DNA of 64,000 bases from Candidatus Firestoneibacteriota bacterium (GCA_038042445.1 JBBTED010000059.1:20972-84971); one strand, 5' to 3'; shown: positions 9,415 to 19,431, numbered from the stretch's first letter. The notes: generated from the sequence alone by a model not told the origin. A program made the numbers and translations.

Positions 9415-10518
9415 TTGAAAAAAACAATTGGGGTGTTGACAGGTGGTGGGGATTGCTCTGGTTTAAATGCTGCGATAAGAGCAGTAGTTAAAACAGCAAT
9501 TAATGATTATGGTATGGATGTTATTGGTTTTAAAGATGGATATCTAGGGCTTGTAGAATCTCAATTTAAAAAATTTACTTTAAATGATGCTTCAGGATTA
9601 CTTACGATAGGTGGAACTATACTTGGAACATCAAATAAAGCTGACCCATTTAATTATGTTGTATATACTAAAAAAAATAAATTCACAAAAAAAGATATGT
9701 CGAAAATTGCATTGAAAAATTATAAAAGATTAAAGCTGAGTGCTCTTATATGTATAGGTGGAGATGGTACATTATTTATTGCCAATAAATTAAGCAAAAT
9801 CGGGCTCAATATTGTTGGAATACCTAAAACAATAGACAATGACCTTTGTGCTACGGATGTGACTATTGGTTTTAATTCTGCTGTAGCAATAGCTACTGAT
9901 GCAATTGATAAACTTCATTCTACTGCAATGTCTCACCATAGAGTTATGATTATTGAGGTTATGGGAAGATATGCAGGGTGGCTTGCTTTGGAATCTGGAA
10001 TAGCGGGTGGTGGTGATATAATATTGATACCTGAGATACCTTATGATATAAAAATTGTATGTCAAAAAGTGTTGGAACGTCATCATAAGGGTAAACGTTT
10101 TAGTATAATAGTTGTAGCAGAAGGAGCAAAGCCAATAGGTGGAAATATGAGTATTAATAAAATTGTTAAAGATAGTCCTGACCCAATAAGACTTGGTGGT
10201 ATAGGAACCTTGCTTGGAAATGAAATAGAAAAAAGGACTGGTTTAGAAACAAGAGCAACTATTCTTGGGCATTTACAACGTGGAGGAATACCAACTGCTT
10301 ATGATAGAGTTCTTGCTACAAGACTTGGCAGAGAAGCAGTCCATCTTGCAGAAAAAAAATTATTTGGCATAATGGTTGCTTTAAAAGGTAAGGATATTGT
10401 TGCTGTTAAACTTGAAGAAGCAGTAGGAAAGTTGTGCAAAGTAGAATGCAATTCTTCTTTAATTGCAGCAGCTAAATCACTTGGAGTTTCTTTTGGAATA
10501 AAAAAAGGAGATATTTAA
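9415..10518 (+). CDS. pfkA: 6-phosphofructokinase (group III type, probably ATP-dependent)
   Basis: TGGGD, GGDG, PKTIDND, EVMGR, LGHLQRGG. TTG start at 9415 chosen for the AGGGG SD; the ORF track starts at 9391. Confidence 0.93.
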   Translation: MKKTIGVLTGGGDCSGLNAAIRAVVKTAINDYGMDVIGFKDGYLGLVESQFKKFTLNDASGLLTIGGTILGTSNKADPFNYVVYTKKNKFTKKDMSKIALKNYKRLKLSALICIGGDGTLFIANKLSKIGLNIVGIPKTIDNDLCATDVTIGFNSAVAIATDAIDKLHSTAMSHHRVMIIEVMGRYAGWLALESGIAGGGDIILIPEIPYDIKIVCQKVLERHHKGKRFSIIVVAEGAKPIGGNMSINKIVKDSPDPIRLGGIGTLLGNEIEKRTGLETRATILGHLQRGGIPTAYDRVLATRLGREAVHLAEKKLFGIMVALKGKDIVAVKLEEAVGKLCKVECNSSLIAAAKSLGVSFGIKKGDI

Positions 10519-10519
10519 A

Positions 10520-11611
10520 ATGAGTGATACCGAATACATAGATGCACCTTTGGAAGAGATGCATTTTTTATTAAAAAAAACAATTGAAAAAAAAGCGTCC
10601 GATTTAATTATTACTCCAAATTCTTCTCCTAAATTTAGAATTGATGGTAAATTGGTTTCAGGAGAATTTTCTATTCTTAGTGCAGAACGTACCTCTGCAC
10701 TATTACATAGCATACTTAGTGAGGCAGAATTTGAAACTTTACTAAATAAACATGAGCTTGATTTTACCTGTGGAGTTTCTCATGTAGGCAGATTTCGTGT
10801 AAATGCATATTTTCAAAGAGGAAGTATTGCAGCAGCTTTTAGACCGATACCATCGCATATTCCAACTTTAAAAGAACTTCATTTGCCACAGTCTTTGGCA
10901 GATTTGGTAGATTATCCTAATGGTTTGGTTTTACTTACTGGGCCAACTGGTTGTGGAAAATCTACTACATTGGCGACATTAATAGAAATAATAAATGAAA
11001 AATATAATTATCATGTGATAACTATAGAAGATCCAATTGAATACATTTATAAAAACAAAAAAAGTGTAATAGACCAAAGAGAAGTTGGTGCAGATACTGA
11101 TTCATTTGCCAATGCACTGCGGAATGTTGTTCGGCAAAGTCCGGATGTTATACTTGTTGGAGAAATGCGGGATTTAGAGACAATTTCTATGGCTATTACT
11201 GCTGCTGAAACAGGACATCTTGTGTTTTCTACTTTACATACTATAGATGCAGCTCAATCTATACATCGTATTGTAGATGTTTTTCCTTCACATCAACAGC
11301 AGCAAATCCGAGTGCAATTGGCAGGTTGTTTGCGTGCTATTGCAAGCCAGTGTTTGTTGCCTAAATTAGATGATGAAGGAAGAATACCGGCATTAGAAGT
11401 AATGGTTGTTAACTCTGCTATACGTTCTATGATTACTTTGAATGATATTCAGCAAATTCCAAGTGTTATACAAACTGGAGCAAAAGAGGGAATGAAAACA
11501 TTGAATCAAACACTTAAAGAATTAGTTGAGAAGAAACTTATTTCTTATGATACAGCTATAATTAAGAGTAGTAGCATACAAAATTTCTTTGGTAGATTTA
11601 CTATTGATTGA
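10520..11611 (+). CDS. pilT: Type IV pilus retraction ATPase, PilT family
   Basis: GPTGCGKST, TIEDPIE, QREVG, PDVILVGEMRD, ETGHLVFSTLH. Confidence 0.92.
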   Translation: MSDTEYIDAPLEEMHFLLKKTIEKKASDLIITPNSSPKFRIDGKLVSGEFSILSAERTSALLHSILSEAEFETLLNKHELDFTCGVSHVGRFRVNAYFQRGSIAAAFRPIPSHIPTLKELHLPQSLADLVDYPNGLVLLTGPTGCGKSTTLATLIEIINEKYNYHVITIEDPIEYIYKNKKSVIDQREVGADTDSFANALRNVVRQSPDVILVGEMRDLETISMAITAAETGHLVFSTLHTIDAAQSIHRIVDVFPSHQQQQIRVQLAGCLRAIASQCLLPKLDDEGRIPALEVMVVNSAIRSMITLNDIQQIPSVIQTGAKEGMKTLNQTLKELVEKKLISYDTAIIKSSSIQNFFGRFTID

Positions 11612-11632
11612 TAATTAAAAGGAGAATACAAA

Positions 11633-13810
11633 ATGGATGTGATTGAACGAAGACGTGCTGAAAGAATAACAATGCTGGCTGGTGTAAAGCTGAAGGAAAA
11701 AGAATATGGAATAGTAACTGAAGGGACAATAGTTAATATAAGTACACTTGGGCTTGGAGTTTTATCTTCTCAAACAATTCCAAGAGGAAAACAACTGTCA
11801 CTTTTTTTTGATTTGTCAGGTAATATTAATTTTGAAAATTTATCTGCGCGTGTAATACGAGGAACGCAACTTGTTGACAATCATTATTTGGCACTTGAAT
11901 TTACAGATATAACAGATGAACATAAAGGAAAAATAGATAAATTTGTAGAATCTTTTAAATGCAATTTTTCAATAATTTTTCAGCCGTATGGCAAAAAAAT
12001 AGTTGTTCCTGCAGGGACAAAAATTAAAGAAGCAGCTGCGCTTGCCGGAATAATGATTGAGACCCCATGTGGTGGCCAGAGTAAATGTGGTAAATGTTAT
12101 GTTGAAGTTATTACAGGTCTTATGCCGGCAAATGCAGAAGAGTCTAAAATATTGCAGGATGCACAGTTGCCAAATAACTTTCGTTTGTCCTGCAAAAGTG
12201 TTATTCAGACAAATACAGTAGTTAGAATTCCAGAAGAAACACTGCTATATACACAAAAGATTTTAGCAGAAGGTGTGGGGACTAAAGTGGTTGTTCAATC
12301 TGCTGTCAAAAAAATATATATTGAAATGGAAAAACCAAGTTTAGATAAACAGATAGGCGATTGGGATAATTTAAAATATAATTTAAAAGGCATAGTGAAT
12401 TCTCCAATTTCTAATTTAGATATGTTAAAGAATTTGTCAAAAAAACTCAAAGAATCAGATTTTAAAATAACTGTTACATCTGTTAATAATGAAATAATTG
12501 ATATTGAAAAAGGTAATACTGTGAGTAATTCTTATGGTATGGCATTTGATATAGGCACAACTACAGTTGTTGGAAGCCTCATAGATTTGGGCACAGGCGA
12601 AGTTAAAGCAGTTGTTCCTGCGATGAATCCACAGGTAGTCTATGGTGATGATGTAATATCAAGAATAAAATTTTCTATAACTGAATCCGATGGTTTAAAA
12701 AAAGTACATAGTAAAATAATAGATTTAATAAATGATTTAATATCAAAAGCTGTTAAAGTATGCAAGATTGACAAAAAGTCAATTTATGAAATAACTATTG
12801 TTGGAAATAGCACAATGCAGCATTTTTTTCTTGGTGTTTCTCCGGAAAATCTTGGGTTTTTACCGTATGTTCCTGTTATTCAGGAATCCTGTGATATAAA
12901 GGCGTGCGATTTAAAATTAGATATTAATCCAAATGGCAATGTTCATATTTTACCTAATATTGCTGGTTACGTTGGTGCAGATACAGTTGGGGTAATACTA
13001 TCCGCTTCTTTACATAAAAGTGAAAAAATAAAATTAGCTATAGATATTGGAACAAATGGAGAGATAGTTCTGGGTTCTAAAGATTTGCTGGTGTCTTGCT
13101 CTACTGCTGCTGGTCCTGCATTTGAAGGAGTGCATATTTCTTGTGGTATGAGAGCTGCATCAGGTGCTATTGATAAAGTAAAAATAGAAAATGATGATAT
13201 ATTTATTAATGTGATTGAGGGTGCAGTGCCACATGGTATATGTGGGACTGGGCTTGTTGATGCTGTTGCAGTGCTTTTAAGTGCTGGAATAATAGATGAG
13301 ACAGGAAGGATTTTATCAAAGGGAGAATTAGATAAAAAAGTGTCTGCTAAGTTGGCTGCTCGTATTGTAGAAGGGAAAAGCGGGTATGATTTTATATTGT
13401 GGCAGTCTGATACTAAAAAAATATTATTAACCCAAAAAGATGTCCGGGAATTACAATTGGCAAAAGGTGCTATAAGAAGTGGAATTGAAAGTTTGAAAAA
13501 AAACCTAAAAATTAGTAATGCTGATATTGAAGAAGTTCTTTTGGCCGGTGCATTTGGAAATTATCTTAAGCCAGAAAGTGCATTGCGTATAGGATTAATT
13601 CCGGATTTTCCACTATCCAAGGTTAAATCAATAGGAAATGCTGCATTTGAAGGCGCAAAAATGGCACTTGTGTCTGTTTTGGCACGTAAAGAATCTGATG
13701 AAATAGGTAGAAAAGCAAAATATATTGAATTGTCAACTGTGCAGGATTTTAACGAAGAATTTTCTAATGCTATGATGTTTCCAAAGTGGCAAGATATTGC
13801 TACGAAATAA
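11633..13810 (+). CDS. PilZ-[2Fe-2S]-ASKHA fusion (RACo/DUF4445-type corrinoid reductive activator with an N-terminal PilZ domain)
   Basis: RRRAER and NISTLG (PilZ); CGGQSKCGKC...RLSC (2Fe-2S); DIGTTT, DIGTNGE, AAGPAFEG, GICGTG, LAGAFG (ASKHA). Confidence 0.88.
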   Translation: MDVIERRRAERITMLAGVKLKEKEYGIVTEGTIVNISTLGLGVLSSQTIPRGKQLSLFFDLSGNINFENLSARVIRGTQLVDNHYLALEFTDITDEHKGKIDKFVESFKCNFSIIFQPYGKKIVVPAGTKIKEAAALAGIMIETPCGGQSKCGKCYVEVITGLMPANAEESKILQDAQLPNNFRLSCKSVIQTNTVVRIPEETLLYTQKILAEGVGTKVVVQSAVKKIYIEMEKPSLDKQIGDWDNLKYNLKGIVNSPISNLDMLKNLSKKLKESDFKITVTSVNNEIIDIEKGNTVSNSYGMAFDIGTTTVVGSLIDLGTGEVKAVVPAMNPQVVYGDDVISRIKFSITESDGLKKVHSKIIDLINDLISKAVKVCKIDKKSIYEITIVGNSTMQHFFLGVSPENLGFLPYVPVIQESCDIKACDLKLDINPNGNVHILPNIAGYVGADTVGVILSASLHKSEKIKLAIDIGTNGEIVLGSKDLLVSCSTAAGPAFEGVHISCGMRAASGAIDKVKIENDDIFINVIEGAVPHGICGTGLVDAVAVLLSAGIIDETGRILSKGELDKKVSAKLAARIVEGKSGYDFILWQSDTKKILLTQKDVRELQLAKGAIRSGIESLKKNLKISNADIEEVLLAGAFGNYLKPESALRIGLIPDFPLSKVKSIGNAAFEGAKMALVSVLARKESDEIGRKAKYIELSTVQDFNEEFSNAMMFPKWQDIATK

Positions 13811-14572
13811 ATGCCGCTGTATAAAACCCAAGCCATAGTTGTTAATTCTGTCAATTTCGGCGAAGCAAATAGAATACTGACATTATATACTTTTAAATTC
13901 GGAAAAATTCAGGCTGTAGTTAAAGGAATACGGAAGATAAAAAGCAGATTTGGTAGTTCAATGGAACTTTTTACAAACTGCACACTGATGCTTTATAGAA
14001 AAGAAGGAAAAGAATTATATACAGTAACACAGGTTGAAGTAATTAATTCGCTTAGATTTCTAAAAGAAAATTTAAAAAAGATGGTATTTGGAAGTTATAT
14101 TCTTGAGATTCTTTTGCATTTTGTTCCTGCCGAAGAAAAAAATGAAGAATTATATAATTTATTAATAAAAACTCTTATAAATATCGAAAAAAAAGATTAT
14201 GTTGAGAAGATTGCATTGACTTTTGCAATTCAGCTATTATCTATTGCAGGATATAAAATGAGAACTGATGTTTGTGTAATTTGCAAAACAAAACCTTTAG
14301 ATAAAGGTTCTCTTGGGTTAAGCTATGTTTTTGGAGGTATTTTATGTGCTAAATGCTCTTTAAATGATGAAGAAGCTCTTAGTATTTCACAGGATATATT
14401 TAAAACTATAAAAAATGTATATAAGGCAAATATAGATACAGAAAATTCAATGAATACAAATACAGATTTAACTATGGAAACCATTTTATTGCTGAATGTT
14501 TTTTTTGAAAATATTGTAGAAAGAAAATTTAAAGTTCCGGCAGTATTGAAAAAACTTGCAATTGCATTTTAA
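13811..14572 (+). CDS. recO: DNA repair protein RecO
   Basis: GEANRILTLYT...GKI....KG.RK.KSR; C-terminal CxxC...CxxC zinc finger. Confidence 0.93.
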   Translation: MPLYKTQAIVVNSVNFGEANRILTLYTFKFGKIQAVVKGIRKIKSRFGSSMELFTNCTLMLYRKEGKELYTVTQVEVINSLRFLKENLKKMVFGSYILEILLHFVPAEEKNEELYNLLIKTLINIEKKDYVEKIALTFAIQLLSIAGYKMRTDVCVICKTKPLDKGSLGLSYVFGGILCAKCSLNDEEALSISQDIFKTIKNVYKANIDTENSMNTNTDLTMETILLLNVFFENIVERKFKVPAVLKKLAIAF

Positions 14573-14573
14573 G

Positions 14574-15659
14574 ATGATGAAAATACTTATATCTGGATAT
14601 TATGGGTTTAAAAATGCAGGAGATGAATTGATACTTGAAGCACTGCTTGGCAGGTTTAAAAAAATATTGTCTGAAAAAGAAGAAATTGTGATTTTGTCAA
14701 ATATTCCTTCTGTTACATCAAAGTTATATGGTGTTAAATCTATTAACCGTAAAAATTTCTGGTTGATAATAAAAGAATTATTAAATACCAATTTGTTTAT
14801 TACAGGTGGTGGAGGGCTATTTCAGGATGTAACAAGTATTAAAAGTTTGATGTATTATTTATTTTTGATTTTTATTGCACAAATTTTGAATGTAAAAACA
14901 ATGCTATATGCTTGTGGCATAGGCCCGATTAATACAAAAATTGGAAAGTTTTGGACACGTTTGATTCTCAAAAAAGTTGATTATATAACTTTGAGAGATA
15001 ATTTTTCGTATGAAGTATTAAAGTCAATAGGCATATATAGAGAAGATATTGTGATTTGTGCAGATCCAGTAGTAACTTTAAATGAGGGGAATAAAAGTGC
15101 AGGGGAAATACTGCTAAAAAAGATATTTAAAAATACCAATGTCCCAATTTTGGGAATTGCTCCACGTGCTTGTTCAACATCTATTGATTTTTGCAAAGTA
15201 ATTGCTGAATTTTCAGATAAGTTAATTGAAGCTAATAATTGGAATGTTATTTTTATTCCATTTGATTTACAAAATGACATAACAGTTATAAAGAATATTA
15301 CTTCTAAAATGAAAAAGAAACATTTTGTATTAGATAATTATACTTTAAGTGAACTTGTTGATGTTGTATCTGCATTGGATATTTTACTTGGTATGAGGTT
15401 GCATTCTTTGATTTTGGCTTGCGCAAATAAAATTCCTGCAATAGGTATAAATTATGACCCAAAAGTAAAAAACTTTCAGCAATTGATAGATATGCCTTGT
15501 TTTGAAATCCCCGAATTATCTGTAGAACAATTATTTGATAAGACAATTAAAACTTATGAACAGCGGGATAAATATTCTAAAATACTTGGGTTGAAACTTC
15601 CTGAGCTTGTAGAATCAGTAGATAAACCAGCTGTGATAGTTTCTAACTTATTTTTTTAA
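14574..15659 (+). CDS. csaB: Polysaccharide pyruvyl transferase CsaB
   Basis: ISGYYGFKNAGDE, GGGGLFQDVTS, GMRLHSLI, YDPKV. Confidence 0.9.
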   Translation: MMKILISGYYGFKNAGDELILEALLGRFKKILSEKEEIVILSNIPSVTSKLYGVKSINRKNFWLIIKELLNTNLFITGGGGLFQDVTSIKSLMYYLFLIFIAQILNVKTMLYACGIGPINTKIGKFWTRLILKKVDYITLRDNFSYEVLKSIGIYREDIVICADPVVTLNEGNKSAGEILLKKIFKNTNVPILGIAPRACSTSIDFCKVIAEFSDKLIEANNWNVIFIPFDLQNDITVIKNITSKMKKKHFVLDNYTLSELVDVVSALDILLGMRLHSLILACANKIPAIGINYDPKVKNFQQLIDMPCFEIPELSVEQLFDKTIKTYEQRDKYSKILGLKLPELVESVDKPAVIVSNLFF

Positions 15660-16241
15660 CTGACTAATTGTTGTTTTTAATTTTTCTATTAATAGTGTGG
15701 TTTCTATTGAAGTAGCAACCTGGTTTGCTAATATTTCTAATATTTCCAAATCTTCTGTTGTCCAAATTTCATTATTTACTTTATTCACAACCTCAAGAAC
15801 TCCAATGATTTTGTTTTTTTCAAGTTCTTCGTTCACTTTAACTGTTAGAGGTGTTGCTATAATAGATCTTGTAGTAAATCCGCTTTTTCCATCAATATCC
15901 GTATTGAATCTTGTATCATCTTTTACATTATTAACAATAATTGCTTTTTTTTCTTTTATGACCCATCCTGCAATACCCTGGGAAATTGGCATTCTTATTC
16001 TTGAAACAGCATTTGCCTTTTTTCCATGTGCTATTTCAAAATACAATTCATTTTTTTCTCTATCAATTAAAATGACAGAGCTACCTTCTGCCTGTAGTAA
16101 TTCAGCTGTAACTGACATTACATACGGAAGCAACTTTATTATATCTAAATTTAAAGCCAATACTGTGTTGATATCCAATAGTGTTGATAGAGTTTCAACC
16201 TTTTTCTTTAATAATTCTACTTCCGGATTTTTATTACTCAT
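15648..16241 (-). CDS. Stand-alone GAF domain protein
   Basis: GIAGWV, D.RF...D..SGFTTRSI..PL, IGVLEVVNK. Start at 16241 chosen because TGgTAGAAT lies 8 nt upstream; the ORF track starts at 16259. Confidence 0.8.
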   Translation of the reverse strand: MSNKNPEVELLKKKVETLSTLLDINTVLALNLDIIKLLPYVMSVTAELLQAEGSSVILIDREKNELYFEIAHGKKANAVSRIRMPISQGIAGWVIKEKKAIIVNNVKDDTRFNTDIDGKSGFTTRSIIATPLTVKVNEELEKNKIIGVLEVVNKVNNEIWTTEDLEILEILANQVATSIETTLLIEKLKTTISQLKK

Positions 16242-16332
16242 ATAACGTAATTCTACCATATTTGACTATTTTTGTTCCACAAAAATTTTTTAATTGAAAG
16301 AAGAAGCAGTTTTTGGTATAAATAACACAATA

Positions 16333-16430
16333 TAGTTTAAAATGTAAAGTGAAAAACGTAAAACCAAAGCTAAAAATTTAAAATTTTAAGCTATAGTTTT
16401 TTGCTTCTAGTTTTAAGTTTTTAGCTATAT
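16333..16430. repeat. Degenerate heptamer array forming an inverted repeat
   Basis: Units taaaatg/taaagtg/aaaaacg/taaaacc/aaagcta, followed by tagtttt/aagtttt/tagctat. Confidence 0.5.
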
Positions 16431-16484
16431 AGTAGCGCTAACGTTTTGCAATTGCATAGCAATTACAAAAAGGGGGATAGTGGT

Positions 16485-17456
16485 ATGGCAGATGTTAAAA
16501 TTGGGTTTATAGGCACTGGTGGTATAGCAAATGCACATGCAGGAGTGCTTTCACAATTGCCAGATGTGAAAATAATTGCTTGTACTGATGTAGATGAAAA
16601 AAAAGGTAATGAATTTGCTTCAAAGTATAGCGCAAAATTTTTAAAAGATTATAAGGCTTTATTAGATATAAAAGAAATAGATGCTGTTTATATATGTACT
16701 CCGCCATATTTGCATAAAGAGCAGGTAATAGATACAGCAAAGGCAAAAAAACATATATTTTGTGAAAAGCCAATAACATTAAATTTGGCTGATGCTGATG
16801 AGATTGCAAAAGTAATTAAATCGGCAGGTGTAAAATTAATGGTGGGTTATATTTTGCATTTTTATCCGGCTTGCAAAACTTTGAAGGATATATTTGAATC
16901 TGGTAAACTTGGCTCATTACTTACTTGTTGGTCAAATAGGTTAGGTTATTTTAATACTGCAAAAAAATGGATTTCTGATCCTTCTAAAAGTGGAGGTATG
17001 ACAGTTGAGTTTTTTACACATGATTTGGATTGGCTTAAATGGGTCGGTGGTGAAGTGTTATCAGTATATGGAAAAGTGTGGCGTGTTCATCCTGATACAC
17101 AGACAGAAGATAATATATGGACTATTCTTACATTTAAAACTGGAGTTGGTGTAGGTGGTGCAAGTTGGGCATCTCCACTTGGAAATACTACAATGGGAGT
17201 TATAGGAACAAAAGGTGGAGCAATAATGTTAGATTGGACTAAAATAAAAGTAAAAGAAAATAATGGAGAAGAAAAAATAATTGAAGTAGAACCTACGGGT
17301 GTGGCTATGGTTAATGAAGATAAACATTTTATTGAATGCATAAAATCAGGTAAAGATCCTATAAATAATATAGTAGATGCACGTGAAGTTTTAAGAATAG
17401 CTTTAGCTGTTCAGCAGTCTTCACGTGAAAACAAAGTCATACAATTGGGGGCATAG
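16485..17456 (+). CDS. Gfo/Idh/MocA family oxidoreductase
   Basis: IGFIGTGGIA, CTPP..H, CEKP, HDLD; ATG at 16485 follows the AGGGGG SD. Confidence 0.92.
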   Translation: MADVKIGFIGTGGIANAHAGVLSQLPDVKIIACTDVDEKKGNEFASKYSAKFLKDYKALLDIKEIDAVYICTPPYLHKEQVIDTAKAKKHIFCEKPITLNLADADEIAKVIKSAGVKLMVGYILHFYPACKTLKDIFESGKLGSLLTCWSNRLGYFNTAKKWISDPSKSGGMTVEFFTHDLDWLKWVGGEVLSVYGKVWRVHPDTQTEDNIWTILTFKTGVGVGGASWASPLGNTTMGVIGTKGGAIMLDWTKIKVKENNGEEKIIEVEPTGVAMVNEDKHFIECIKSGKDPINNIVDAREVLRIALAVQQSSRENKVIQLGA

Positions 17457-17522
17457 CCAAGCGGCTAAGGCAGCAGTCTGCAAAACTGTTATTCATCGGT
17501 TCAAGTCCGATTGCCCCCTCCA
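17447..17522 (+). tRNA. tRNA-Cys (GCA), overlapping the upstream CDS by 10 nt
   Basis: Acceptor stem GGGGGCA/TGCCCCC, U discriminator, CCA; anticodon loop CTGCAAA; GGTTCAAGTCC. Confidence 0.95.
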
Positions 17523-17554
17523 CAAATTAAATATAATAGGTTAGCGTTTCTAAG

Positions 17555-17626
17555 TTGTCATTGCGAATGAAGTGAAGCAATCCCGTTTTTAGATTGCTTT
17601 GTCACTAATGTTCCTCGCAATGACAA
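17555..17626. repeat. Palindromic element, GTCATTGCGA...TCGCAATGAC family
   Basis: 12-bp terminal inverted repeat plus an inner GCAATC/GATTGC pair; a related copy in the opposite orientation lies at 47915-48004. Confidence 0.85.
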
Positions 17627-17641
17627 ATTATAGGAGAAAAG

Positions 17642-18505
17642 ATGTTTAAATTAGGGATTTTTACTGACGAGGTTTCACAAGAGCTTGATGTTGCTATAAA
17701 ACTTGCAAAAGAATTTAATTTGGATTCTGTTGAAATTAGAACTGTATGGAATAAATCACCGCATCAGTTGGACAACAACGATATAGACAAAATTAAGCAA
17801 TTACTTGATAGTGCGAATCTAAAGATTTCCTGTATTGCTTCTCCATTTCTTAAATGTGATATTGACAATGAAAAAGAATATTTAGAACACATAGAAATTT
17901 TTAAAAAATGTATTATCGTTGCAAAAAAACTTGGCACAAATTTGATTCGTGGATTTACTTTCTGGCGAAAGGGAGAATTAGAGCAATATTACTCAAAAAT
18001 TATTGATAAATATAAAGAGCCAGCCAGAATTGCAAAAGATGAAAATATTATTATTGCAATAGAAAATGAAGCATCTTGTTTTATTGGCAGAGGCGCTGAC
18101 CTCGGAAAGTTTCTAAAAGATATTAATTCGAAAAATGTTTTAGCTGTATGGGATCCTGCTAATGAGATATATGATCCAAAAGGCGAAAATCCGTATCCTG
18201 ATGGGTATGAACATATTAAAAAATTTATGATACATATGCATCTTAAGGATGCAGTGCATAAAGGTGAAAATAGTGCAGAATGTGTGGAAATTGGCGAAGG
18301 AGAAATTGATTTCCCAAGTCAATTTAAAGAACTTAAAACATCTGGTTATAACGGATATGTTTCTTTGGAAACACACTGGCGTGCAAAAGGTAATTTAACT
18401 GAGTCACAGATGAACAGACCAGGTGGTGGCGCGTTTTCAGAATCTGGGGAAATATCGTCAAGAATTTGTCTGGAAAATTGGATGAGAATTCTTAGATCTA
18501 TATAA
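17642..18505 (+). CDS. Sugar phosphate isomerase/epimerase (xylose isomerase-like TIM barrel)
   Basis: FTDEVSQ, IENE, WDPAN, HMHLKD, SLETHW. Confidence 0.87.
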   Translation: MFKLGIFTDEVSQELDVAIKLAKEFNLDSVEIRTVWNKSPHQLDNNDIDKIKQLLDSANLKISCIASPFLKCDIDNEKEYLEHIEIFKKCIIVAKKLGTNLIRGFTFWRKGELEQYYSKIIDKYKEPARIAKDENIIIAIENEASCFIGRGADLGKFLKDINSKNVLAVWDPANEIYDPKGENPYPDGYEHIKKFMIHMHLKDAVHKGENSAECVEIGEGEIDFPSQFKELKTSGYNGYVSLETHWRAKGNLTESQMNRPGGGAFSESGEISSRICLENWMRILRSI

Positions 18506-19431
18506 TGCAAAATAAGTTGTACGATATAATAATAATAGGTGGTGGTCCTGCTGGTTTGACTGCAGGTTTATACTGTTCACGTGCAGGGTTTACCACTTTG
18601 CTTTTGGAAAAAGGACTTTTAGGCGGTAAATTAACTGATATAAGTGATATAGAAAATTATCCCGGTTTTCCAGATGGTGTAAATGGTGCAGAGCTTGCAT
18701 TAAAAATGCAGAACCAAGCAAAACGTTTTGGATTAGAAGTTGTCCATTCAGCAATTGAAAGTATAAAACTTGAAGAAAAAATAAAACACGTAAAAACTAA
18801 TTCCTCACAAATCTACATTTCAAAAGCAATAATAATAGCTTCAGGTTCTGATTCTGTTAAATTAAATGTTCCCGGTGAAGATAATTTGCGTGGCAAAGGT
18901 GTATCATATTGTGCCACTTGTGATGGTCCTTTGTTTAAAAATGCTTCTATTGCTGTAATAGGTGGTGGAGATTCTGCATTAGAAGAAGCGTTGTTTTTAA
19001 CCAGATTTGCAAAAAGTGTTACTATAGTTCATAGACGCGATTCTTTGCGTGCAGTTAAAATACTTCAGGATAGGGCTTTAGCAAATGAAAAGATAAAATT
19101 TATATGGAATTCTGTAGTTTCTGAAATACAAGGCAGTAGTAGTGTTGAAAAATTAATTCTGGAGAATGTGAAAACAGGTAAAAAAGAAAATTTTGTATGC
19201 GATGGCATATTTGTATATATAGGTTTAAAACCAAATACTGCATTTTTGAATGGTATTATTAAAACGAATGAATATGGATATATAATCACAAATGAAAATT
19301 TAGAATCATCATCTCCTGGAATTTTTGCAGCAGGCGATGTTAGAAAAAAACAGTTGCCGCAGATATCAACTGCAGTAGGAGATGGTGCATTAGCTTCATT
19401 TTCTGCACGTAAATACTTAGAGGAGTTTTAA
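18505..19431 (+). CDS. trxB: Thioredoxin-disulfide reductase
   Basis: GGGPAGLTA, ENYPGF, GVSYCATCDG, GGGDSA, FAAGD. Confidence 0.96.
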   Translation: MQNKLYDIIIIGGGPAGLTAGLYCSRAGFTTLLLEKGLLGGKLTDISDIENYPGFPDGVNGAELALKMQNQAKRFGLEVVHSAIESIKLEEKIKHVKTNSSQIYISKAIIIASGSDSVKLNVPGEDNLRGKGVSYCATCDGPLFKNASIAVIGGGDSALEEALFLTRFAKSVTIVHRRDSLRAVKILQDRALANEKIKFIWNSVVSEIQGSSSVEKLILENVKTGKKENFVCDGIFVYIGLKPNTAFLNGIIKTNEYGYIITNENLESSSPGIFAAGDVRKKQLPQISTAVGDGALASFSARKYLEEF

